Of a stretch of DNA of 64,000 bases, positions 47,288-56,658 are shown in pieces. The stretch is from the NCBI GenBank assembly GCA_052386335.1, contig JBQTKH010000105.1:6368-70367 (forward strand). Reading direction: 5' to 3'. How positions within the stretch are numbered: position 1 is the stretch's first letter; each line of letters starts with the position of its first letter. The notes under the pieces were generated by a model that had not been told where the DNA came from, ran no database searches, and saw only the letters and a list, made by a program, of their open reading frames with translations. Source of the stretch: Microthrixaceae bacterium (GTDB lineage Bacteria > Actinomycetota > Acidimicrobiia > Acidimicrobiales > VFJN01). The translations under genes and the position numbers were made by a program.

Positions 47288-48073
47288 CTAGGCGGCCGCG
47301 GGCGGGCCGAGGAGCCGGGCGTGGGTGAGGAAGCCCGTGTGGGCCACCATGCGATGGTCGGGGCGCACGGACAGCCCTTCGATGTGCCACCCTCGATGGA
47401 GCACCTCGACGGTCTCGGCCATCCCGAAGGCGCTCGCGAGGAGCGTCTCCTGGAGCTGGACGGCCTGGGTGATCTGCGGGGTGTAGGCGAGCAGGATCCC
47501 TCCGGGGTGCAGCGCGCGCTCGGCGTGCTTCACCACCTGCCACGGCTCCGGCAGGTCGAGCACCACGCGATCGAGGTCGGCCTCCTCGATCCCCTCATAG
47601 CAGTCACGCACCTCCACTCGGTAGCGATCGAGCACGCCATCGCCCAGGAACCCGGTGACGTTCTTCACGGCTCGGGCGGCGAAGTCGTCCCGGAGCTCGT
47701 AGCCGACGATGTCGGCGCCGCTGCGGAGCATCGTCATCGAAAGGGCCCCTGACCCGACGCCGGACTCCAGCACCCGCGCCCCCGGGAAGATGTCAGCCAT
47801 CATGAGGATCGCCCCGAGATCCTTCGGGTAGATCACCTGCGCGCCGCGGGGCATCTTCAGGATGAACTCCGACAGCGTGGGCCGGATCACCGTGTAGTAC
47901 ATCCCATGGCTCGAGCGGAACGTGGTGCCCTCGGCAGACCCGATCACGGCGTCGTGGGCGACGGTGCCGGAATGGGAGTGGAACTCCTTCCCAGCCACCA
48001 GCGTGATGAGGTAGCGCCGCTTCTTGGTGTCGATGAGCAGCACCTGTTCGCCTTCGACGAAGAGGCGACTCAT
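47288..48073 (-). CDS. trmI: tRNA (adenine58-N1)-methyltransferase TrmI
   Basis: Start at ATG 48073 (ATGA overlap with ttuA), 261 aa. Contains KKRRYLITLVAGKEFHSHSGTV and the SAM motif VLESGVGSGALSM. Same position relative to the proteasome locus as mycobacterial Rv2118c. Confidence 0.9.
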   Translation of the reverse strand: MSRLFVEGEQVLLIDTKKRRYLITLVAGKEFHSHSGTVAHDAVIGSAEGTTFRSSHGMYYTVIRPTLSEFILKMPRGAQVIYPKDLGAILMMADIFPGARVLESGVGSGALSMTMLRSGADIVGYELRDDFAARAVKNVTGFLGDGVLDRYRVEVRDCYEGIEEADLDRVVLDLPEPWQVVKHAERALHPGGILLAYTPQITQAVQLQETLLASAFGMAETVEVLHRGWHIEGLSVRPDHRMVAHTGFLTHARLLGPPAAA

Positions 48074-49002
48074 CGACGTCGCCCGAGCTCGACGGGCACC
48101 GAGGAGGTGGCGCGCGCCACGAGCTTGCAGAAGGCGCAGATCTCGCCCGTGGTGGGTGCACCACACTGTTCGCAGGGTCGAAGGCTCTTTCGATCGGCGG
48201 TGGCTTCGGGCGTGAAGCGCTCCGAGGCGCGGGCGAGGAAGCCGAAGTAGAAGTCGTGCTTCGTGCCTGGCGAGGTGGCTTCGATGGCGTTGAGCGCCTC
48301 CTTGTACCCGAGGTGCTTGTTGCCAGCAGCCATCGGGCACTCCTCGACGATGTAGTCGATGCCGCGAAGCACGCAGTAGGCCGCCATCTCCCGCTCCCCG
48401 AGGCGCACGAGGGGCTTCACCTTGCGAGGGAAGCCATCGCGAGCGGGCAGCACGGGCAGCTGACGGCCGAGGTAGTCGGTCTGCCAGTGGAGCACGTTGC
48501 CGAAGAGGACCGCGGCCTCGTCGTCGAGGTTGTGACCCGTCACCACGACGTCGTACCCGCCGGTGCGGGCGGCCTCGTCGAAGAGGTGGCGCTTGGAGAG
48601 ACCGCAGGCCGAGCATGGGACCCGCTTGGCCGCCTTGGCCCCGGAGGGGATGTCGAAGCCGTGGTCGGTCGGCAGGTCGACCTCGATGAGGCGCAGCCCC
48701 CGGTCGCGCGCGAACGAGCGGGCCTGCTCCCCTGACGCATCGCTGTAATCGCCGATCCCCAGGCCCAGGTAGAGGCCGTCCGCGGCGTACCCGAGCTCGC
48801 GCAAGATGTCCCACACGGCCAACGAGTCCTTGCCGCCGGACACCGCCACCAGCACCCGGTCGCCCGGCTCCAGCATGCTGAAGTCCTTGATGGCCTTGGC
48901 CACCTGGTCACGGCAGAGCCGCAGGAAGTGGGTCGCGCAGAAGTTCGCGTTGTGCCGGCGAACGTCGATCACCGCCGGTTCCTTGCACACCGTGCACTTC
49001 AT
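48070..49002 (-). CDS. ttuA: tRNA 2-thiolation PP-loop ATPase, TtuA-like
   Basis: 310-aa ORF. N-terminal Zn finger CTVC...C..H, PP-loop SGGKDS, central CSAC plus ECP Cys triad (Fe-S ligands in TtuA), and C-terminal Zn finger CEQC...CAFC. Confidence 0.85.
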   Translation of the reverse strand: MKCTVCKEPAVIDVRRHNANFCATHFLRLCRDQVAKAIKDFSMLEPGDRVLVAVSGGKDSLAVWDILRELGYAADGLYLGLGIGDYSDASGEQARSFARDRGLRLIEVDLPTDHGFDIPSGAKAAKRVPCSACGLSKRHLFDEAARTGGYDVVVTGHNLDDEAAVLFGNVLHWQTDYLGRQLPVLPARDGFPRKVKPLVRLGEREMAAYCVLRGIDYIVEECPMAAGNKHLGYKEALNAIEATSPGTKHDFYFGFLARASERFTPEATADRKSLRPCEQCGAPTTGEICAFCKLVARATSSVPVELGRRR

Positions 49003-49223
49003 GCTGCGCCTCCGGAGATCACGGGACGGATCTCCACCACGTCGGTGTCCTCGAGGAGCACATCGCCGGGCACCAGGGTGTCCCCGCGGATCACGAGCAC
49101 CGACTCGCGGTTCATCTCCAGGCGCTCGAGCAGGGCGTGCACGCGCACCGGCCCATCGACCTCCAGCTCGCGCTTGGGGTTGCGCAGCAGCACCCTCACC
49201 TCAACCTCGAGGGTCGGGGGCAT
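48999..49223 (-). CDS. ThiS/MoaD-family ubiquitin-like sulfur carrier (TtuB-like), C-terminus ...ISGGAA
   Basis: 74-aa ORF, or 66 aa from GTG 49199 (MRVLLRNPKRELEVDG...). Beta-grasp-like length and pattern. 4-nt overlap with ttuA. The Gly-Gly is followed by two Ala. Confidence 0.75.
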   Translation of the reverse strand: MPPTLEVEVRVLLRNPKRELEVDGPVRVHALLERLEMNRESVLVIRGDTLVPGDVLLEDTDVVEIRPVISGGAA

Positions 49224-49401
49224 GGGAGATCACGATCGTCTCCCCCGGCTTGAGCTCCTCGCGCAGCACCGACTCGTGCCGGTGGGCGCGCTGCTTGTAC
49301 AGCCGGAGGAGGAACGCGGCGAAGGCCACGGCACTCCAGGCGGGGTGTGCCCCCGGCCGGCGCCGGCGGCGCGCCAGCATCTCCAGCGTGCGGAGCAGCA
49401 T
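49201..49401 (-). CDS. hypothetical small membrane protein
   Basis: 66-aa ORF with one hydrophobic helix (AWSAVAFAAFLLRLY). Start overlaps the upstream stop (TGATG). The call relies on translational coupling only. Confidence 0.4.
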   Translation of the reverse strand: MLLRTLEMLARRRRRPGAHPAWSAVAFAAFLLRLYKQRAHRHESVLREELKPGETIVISHAPDPRG

Positions 49402-49622
49402 CAGACGCGACGGACCTCGACCACCGTCGTGCGGCGCCGGCCCTTGCGTCGCCCGGCGAGGAACGCGATCGCGATGACGCCCACCGCCACCACGGCGCCG
49501 ACGGTGATGAGCATCGTCGTCGCCGACTCGCGGGTGTCGGTGACACCGCCCTCGAGCTCTCGGAACTTGGCCTCGATCGTGTCGCGGGTGATCGGTGTGG
49601 CGTGTGCCTGGGCTGCGGTCAT
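49401..49622 (-). CDS. hypothetical small C-tail-anchored membrane protein
   Basis: 73 aa from ATG 49622 (MTAAQAHATPITRDTIEAKFRELEGG...MLITVGAVVAVGVIAIAFLAGRRKGRR). ATGA overlap with the upstream gene. Confidence 0.55.
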   Translation of the reverse strand: MTAAQAHATPITRDTIEAKFRELEGGVTDTRESATTMLITVGAVVAVGVIAIAFLAGRRKGRRRTTVVEVRRV

Positions 49623-49987
49623 GCGCCTGGTCCCTTCCTCTTGGTGACTCGGAGGAGCGCGAGCGCGATCAGCACCGCTCCCGCGGCCACGACGATCAGA
49701 TACGGCGCCCAGGAGAGGTTGCCCGTGAAGGTGGTGCTCGTCTCGGTCTGGAGGGCGCGCAGGCCGGCGAGCAGGAGGAGGACGACGCCCACCCCCAGGA
49801 CGATCGCACCGCCGACGCCGAAGCCCAGGAACCGGCCGAGCCCCTTGAGGGGGTCGATCGTCTCCTGCTTCGCGTAGCTCGTGGTGAGCTCCCACAGGTC
49901 GGAGACGACCTCAGGGATGCTCTTGGTGCCGCCGTGCGGCTCGGCATCAGCCGAGGCAGGGTCGCGAAGGTCAGATCGGGGGGCCAC
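49619..49987 (-). CDS. membrane protein resembling actinobacterial 'phage holin family / Holin-X' proteins
   Basis: 122-aa ORF. N-terminal amphipathic segment (SIPEVVSDLWELTTSYAKQE), then two TM helices (FLGFGVGGAIVLGVGVVLLLLAGL; YLIVVAAGAVLIALALL). Confidence 0.6.
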   Translation of the reverse strand: MAPRSDLRDPASADAEPHGGTKSIPEVVSDLWELTTSYAKQETIDPLKGLGRFLGFGVGGAIVLGVGVVLLLLAGLRALQTETSTTFTGNLSWAPYLIVVAAGAVLIALALLRVTKRKGPGA

Positions 49988-50063
49988 GGGTGGTGGACCC
50001 TACTACCCGGTCGTACAGGGGTCAGCGCTCGGCATGGTCACGGTCGAGCAGTCGCCCCGGGCC

Positions 50064-51533
50064 TCAGCGGGTGCGGGCGGCCCGGTGCCTGGCCCTGCGC
50101 CACAGGTGCTCGAGGGCGACGACGGCGCGATCGGCCGACGGGTAGCAGAGCCGTCCCGTGGCGCGCACCGCGCGGGGCCCGGCGTTGTCGGGGTGCGTCA
50201 CCGTGAGCTCGGTGGCGGTGAGCACCGGCTTGTCGTACCGCTCCGAGGCCTCGGCGGCAGCCTCCGCGAACCGGGCGTCCTGGCGCTCGTGGTAGTCGAC
50301 GATCCGCTCGAGCCCGTGATCGGGGTAGAAGCGCCCGGACCGCATCAGCGCGGCCTGGTTCGACTGGATGCCGAGACCGAGGTAGATCACCGCGTCCACC
50401 TCTGGGTGAGCGACGATGAGGTCGAGCACCTCGGGGATCGTGTCACGCGTCTCGGCGCCCGCGAGGTCGACGGGGTTGTTCCGACTCCAGCGGGGCGGGA
50501 GCTTGCCGTCGAGGGCAGCCCGCAGGTCGTCCGGGAGCGCGACGAGATCGAGCGAGGATCGGGTGATGGCGTCGGCCGTGACGACGCCCCAGCCGCCCGC
50601 TGTTGTGAGCACCACCACACGGTTGCCCCGAGGCAAGGGCTGCGTGGCGAAGGTGGCGGCCGCCTCGAAGGCCTCCTCGATGGTGGCCGCGCGATTGATG
50701 CCCGCCTGCCGACACATGCCGTCGAAGACGCGGTCGTCGCTGGCCAGCGATCCGGTGTGGGATGCCGCGGCTCGCTGACCGCCCGAGGTCGCACCCCCCT
50801 TGACGACCACGAGTGGCTTCCGCGCGGCGACCGCCCGCGCCCGTTCGAAGAAGTCCCGTCCATTCGGAACGCCCTCCACGTAGGCGAGTGCCACGCGCGT
50901 GGCGTCGTCGGACGCGTAGTGCTCCAGGTAGTCGGCGATCGTGACCGCAGCGGCGTTGCCAGCCGAGACCGCCCGGCTCACACCGGCTCCCGTCTGCACG
51001 GCGTAGTTCATGAACGACGAGATGAAGTTGCCTGACTGGCTGGCGATGCCGATGCCACCCGCCGGCGGGTAGGGGGCGACGATCTGGGCGCACAGCTTCG
51101 CCGGCGTGGAGACCACGCCTTGCCCGTTGGGACCAGCGATGAGCATGCCGAGCTCCTCGCCGAGCGCCACCAGCTCGGCCTGCATCTGCTGGCCCTCGTC
51201 GCCGGCCTCGCCGTACCCCGCCGACGCGATGAAGGCGGCACGGATCCCCTTCTTGGCGCATGCCCGGAGCAGGTCGAGGTTCGCGCTTGCGGGCGTGCAC
51301 ACGAAGACGAGGTCGATCTCACCGTCGGGAAGCGCCTCGATCGAGTCGACGACGAGCACGCCCAGCACCTCACCGGCCTCGCGACTGGAGCCGAACACCG
51401 CCCCCTCGTACCCCGACGCGAGGATGTTGTGGAGGCTGACGTACCCGAACTTGCCAGGGTGGGTGGACACCCCGGCCACCAACACCCCACGTGGTTCGAA
51501 CAGGGCGCGAAACCCCTCGGCGTCCACGGTCAC
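50064..51533 (-). CDS. ADP-forming acyl/acetyl-CoA synthetase, CoA-binding (alpha) subunit
   Basis: 489-aa ORF. CoA-binding Rossmann domain (PRGVLVAGVSTHPGKFGYV), succinyl-CoA-synthetase-like flavodoxin domains, and a phosphohistidine-like context (RAAASHTGSLA). Confidence 0.85.
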   Translation of the reverse strand: MTVDAEGFRALFEPRGVLVAGVSTHPGKFGYVSLHNILASGYEGAVFGSSREAGEVLGVLVVDSIEALPDGEIDLVFVCTPASANLDLLRACAKKGIRAAFIASAGYGEAGDEGQQMQAELVALGEELGMLIAGPNGQGVVSTPAKLCAQIVAPYPPAGGIGIASQSGNFISSFMNYAVQTGAGVSRAVSAGNAAAVTIADYLEHYASDDATRVALAYVEGVPNGRDFFERARAVAARKPLVVVKGGATSGGQRAAASHTGSLASDDRVFDGMCRQAGINRAATIEEAFEAAATFATQPLPRGNRVVVLTTAGGWGVVTADAITRSSLDLVALPDDLRAALDGKLPPRWSRNNPVDLAGAETRDTIPEVLDLIVAHPEVDAVIYLGLGIQSNQAALMRSGRFYPDHGLERIVDYHERQDARFAEAAAEASERYDKPVLTATELTVTHPDNAGPRAVRATGRLCYPSADRAVVALEHLWRRARHRAARTR

Positions 51534-52174
51534 GCGGAGACCTCCACGAGGGCGTCGACCGCCACGGGTCGACCGTCCACGACGATGAGCGGGTTGAGGT
51601 CCGCGGCCACGATCGACGGATCGGCCTCTGCGGCATCGCTCAGTGCGACGAGGACATCGACGAGCGCGTCGCGGTCGACCGCTGGCTCACCCCGAAGGGG
51701 CCCGAGCAGTGCCTGGGTGGCGAGGTCGTCGATCATCTCGGCCGCGTCGAGTCGGCTGATCGGCACGAGTCGAAAGGCCACGTCGGCCAGCGCCTCCGCG
51801 AGGATCCCGCCGACCCCCAGCATGACCGTCATGCCGAACTGGGCGTCGAGGTGCAGGCCGGCGATGAGCTCGCGGTTGCCTCGCAGCATCGGGGCCACGA
51901 GCAGGTGCACCGTGCCGTCCTCGGGGCGGGCCGCCGCGAGGAGGGCGGTCGCCGCATCGGCAACGGCCGCCGCATCCGCCAGGCCGAGGCGCACCAGCCC
52001 GCGCTCGGTCTTGTGGGCGATCAGGGCACCTCCCAGCTTCGCGACCACCGGGTACCCGACCGCCTCGGCCGCCTCCACAGCGCCCTCCATGGTGTCGACC
52101 TGCCGCGCCACGGGGAACACCACGCCGTGCTGGGCCAGGAGCCGCTTCGAATCGGCCTCGGAGAGGGTGGGCAT
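51530..52174 (-). CDS. ADP-forming acyl/acetyl-CoA synthetase, ATP-grasp (beta) subunit
   Basis: 214-aa ORF. SEADSKRLLAQHGVVFP...GYPVVAKLGG..IAHKTERGLVRLGL is an ATP-grasp pattern. 4-nt overlap with the alpha subunit gene. Confidence 0.85.
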   Translation of the reverse strand: MPTLSEADSKRLLAQHGVVFPVARQVDTMEGAVEAAEAVGYPVVAKLGGALIAHKTERGLVRLGLADAAAVADAATALLAAARPEDGTVHLLVAPMLRGNRELIAGLHLDAQFGMTVMLGVGGILAEALADVAFRLVPISRLDAAEMIDDLATQALLGPLRGEPAVDRDALVDVLVALSDAAEADPSIVAADLNPLIVVDGRPVAVDALVEVSA

Positions 52175-52185
52175 CGGCGCGGAGG

Positions 52186-52800
52186 TTACGGCTCGAGCGC
52201 GGCGCGGAAGAACTCGCGGAGATGGGCCAGGCGCGCGGTGAGCATCTCATCGGAGAGCGGGTCTTGGCCGAGGGCCCCCTGCCAGAACGGGATGTCCGAG
52301 AAGTAGCCGAGGATCGCGCTCGTGCCCGTGATGATGAGCTGCTCGCTGTCGTGCTTGCGGAAGCGTCCCTCGCCCATCTCCGCGTCGAAGAACGACCGGG
52401 CCCGTTCGAAGAACGGCTTGAGGACGGTGCCGAGATCGACCCCGAGGTGGCCATGCCCGTCGAGCGCCTCGCGTCGCATGATGCGCACGAAGTCTGGGTT
52501 GTCGGCGAAGAAGTCGAAGGCCGTCGTGACGACGTGGTCGACCTTGCTCCAGCCCTCCTGGTCGCGCACCTCGACGGCGGCCTCCACCCGTTGCATCCAA
52601 TCCGAAAGGCTCGTCTCGAAGACCTCGCGGTAGATGGCCTCCTTGGAGGGAAAGTGGTGCAGGAGGCTCGGCTTGCGGATGCCGACGCCCGCCGCGATGT
52701 CGTTGAGCGACGTGCCCGAGAACCCCTGCTCGGCGAAGCAGCGACGGGCCTCGATGAGGATCGCGTCACGCGTCGAGAGAGCAGGGTCGGACGCGTTCAC
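52186..52800 (-). CDS. TetR family transcriptional regulator
   Basis: 204-aa ORF with the N-terminal [47 protein letters not shown]. Confidence 0.9.
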   Translation of the reverse strand: MNASDPALSTRDAILIEARRCFAEQGFSGTSLNDIAAGVGIRKPSLLHHFPSKEAIYREVFETSLSDWMQRVEAAVEVRDQEGWSKVDHVVTTAFDFFADNPDFVRIMRREALDGHGHLGVDLGTVLKPFFERARSFFDAEMGEGRFRKHDSEQLIITGTSAILGYFSDIPFWQGALGQDPLSDEMLTARLAHLREFFRAALEP

Positions 52801-52853
52801 CCTCCGAGGGTACCCAGTGAGGTCGCCTCGAGGGGCTCTTGTAGGGTGGGCGG

Positions 52854-54821
<1,968 letters not shown>

Positions 54822-54822
54822 G

Positions 54823-55941
54823 ATGACCGCGACGACCGACAAGGCCGACAACCTCGCCGCCCTCCTGGCTCAGGGCCAGAGTCCGTGGCTGGACAACCTG
54901 CGCCGCGGCTGGCTCACCAGCGGCGAGCTCGCGCGGTGGATCGACCGCGGCATCCGCGGGCTCACGTCCAACCCATCGATCTTCCAGAAGGCGATCAGCT
55001 CCGGGCCGGACTACGACGAGCAGTTCGGTGACCTCATCACCGGCGGCACTTCGGTCGGCGATGCGTACTGGGATCTCGTCACCACCGACATCCAGGGTGC
55101 GCTGGCGCTGCTCCGCCCCGTCTATGACGCCACCGATGGTCTCGACGGCTACGTGTCAGTGGAGGTGGCGCCAGAGCTGGCTCACGATGCCGCTGGCACG
55201 GAGGCGGCCGCCCGCCACCTCCACACCACCATCGACGAACCAAACCTGTACGTGAAGATCCCTGGCACGGCCGCCGGACTGGCGCCGATCGAGGCGATGA
55301 TCGCCGAACGGCGCAGCATCAACGTCACGCTCATCTTCAGCCTCGAGCGCTATGCCGCGGTGATGGAGGCCTACCTCAGCGGACTCGAGGCGGCGGAGGG
55401 CGACCTGTCGCCGGTCTCGAGCGTGGCGAGCTTCTTCATCTCACGAGTCGACACGGAGATCGACCGCCGTCTCGACGCGATCGGCAGCCCCGACGCGCTC
55501 GCCCTGCGCGGCAAGGGCGCCGTGGCCCAGGCCCAGGTTGCCTATCAGCGCTTCACGGAGACCTTCTCGGGTCCGCGTTGGGAGGCGCTGACCGCACGGG
55601 GGGCGCGAGTGCAGCGACCGCTGTGGGCCTCGACGTCGACCAAGAACCCGGCCTATCCCGACACGACCTACGTCGATCTGCTCATCGGTCCGCACACGGT
55701 GAACACGATGCCCGAGGACACGATCGAGGCGTTCGTCGACCACGGCACCGTGGCTCGCACCATCGATGCAGATCCCGCCGCCGCCCAGGCCACGCTCGAT
55801 GCGCTGGCCGCGGTCGGCGTCGACCTCGTCGACGTCGGCGAGACGCTCGAGGAGCAGGGCGTGGCCGCGTTCGCGAAGTCGTTCGACGAGCTGATCGGCG
55901 CCCTCGACACGAAGGCCGCCGAGCTCAGAGCGGCGGGCTGA
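54823..55941 (+). CDS. tal: transaldolase (long actinobacterial type)
   Basis: 372-aa ORF with QSPWLDNLRRGWLTSGEL, TSNPSIF and the catalytic Lys context YVKIPGT. Confidence 0.95.
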   Translation: MTATTDKADNLAALLAQGQSPWLDNLRRGWLTSGELARWIDRGIRGLTSNPSIFQKAISSGPDYDEQFGDLITGGTSVGDAYWDLVTTDIQGALALLRPVYDATDGLDGYVSVEVAPELAHDAAGTEAAARHLHTTIDEPNLYVKIPGTAAGLAPIEAMIAERRSINVTLIFSLERYAAVMEAYLSGLEAAEGDLSPVSSVASFFISRVDTEIDRRLDAIGSPDALALRGKGAVAQAQVAYQRFTETFSGPRWEALTARGARVQRPLWASTSTKNPAYPDTTYVDLLIGPHTVNTMPEDTIEAFVDHGTVARTIDADPAAAQATLDALAAVGVDLVDVGETLEEQGVAAFAKSFDELIGALDTKAAELRAAG

Positions 55942-55949
55942 CCCCAGCC

Positions 55950-56621
55950 GTGCACGGTGATCTCGTCATCGTCGACGACGTGCAAGGCGAGTTCGCCGAG
56001 CGCGTCATCGAGGCCTTCCATGCCCGCCCCAACGACGGGTTCTCCCTGGCCGTGTCCGGCGGACCGACCGCGCGCTCCTGCTACGAGCGTCTCGCGGAGG
56101 ATGCCGGCACCCAGATCGACTGGTGGAAGGTCGACGTGTACTGGGGCGACGAGCGCTGCGTGCCGCACGATTCGCCCGACTCGAACTACCACCTCGTACG
56201 GGAGGCCCTCCTCGAGCAGGTGGGCGCCGTCAACGCCAACTATCCCATGTTCTGTGAGGAGGGGGCCGACCCGTACCAGCTTCGCCTCGGCGAGCTCGGC
56301 AAGCTCGACGTCGTCCACCTCGGCCTCGGCGCGGACGGTCACGTGGCATCCCTCTTCCCGGGATCGAGCGGCGCCACGGCGGACCCTGGTCGCCTGGTCG
56401 TGATGAACGAGGACCCGACCGGGGTCAACCCCCACCCCCGGATGACGCTCACGCTCGCGGGGATCGCTCGGGCGCGCCTCGTGCTGGTCACGGTCACCGG
56501 CGAGGCAAAGCGGGACGCCCTCGCTCGGGTGACAGCGGGCGACCCCACGTGCGTGGGATCGCTCGTCAACGCCGACAAGGTGATCTGGATCGTCGACCGC
56601 GACGCCGCCGGCACGCGCTGA
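55950..56621 (+). CDS. pgl: 6-phosphogluconolactonase
   Basis: GTG 55950, 223 aa. Contains LAVSGGPTARSCYERL, VYWGDERCVP and LGLGADGHVASLFPG. The ORF's upstream extension overlaps tal out of frame. Confidence 0.9.
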   Translation: MHGDLVIVDDVQGEFAERVIEAFHARPNDGFSLAVSGGPTARSCYERLAEDAGTQIDWWKVDVYWGDERCVPHDSPDSNYHLVREALLEQVGAVNANYPMFCEEGADPYQLRLGELGKLDVVHLGLGADGHVASLFPGSSGATADPGRLVVMNEDPTGVNPHPRMTLTLAGIARARLVLVTVTGEAKRDALARVTAGDPTCVGSLVNADKVIWIVDRDAAGTR

Positions 56622-56658
56622 GCGCCGCGCCACTCGAGCCCGACGATAGGGTGCCGCC

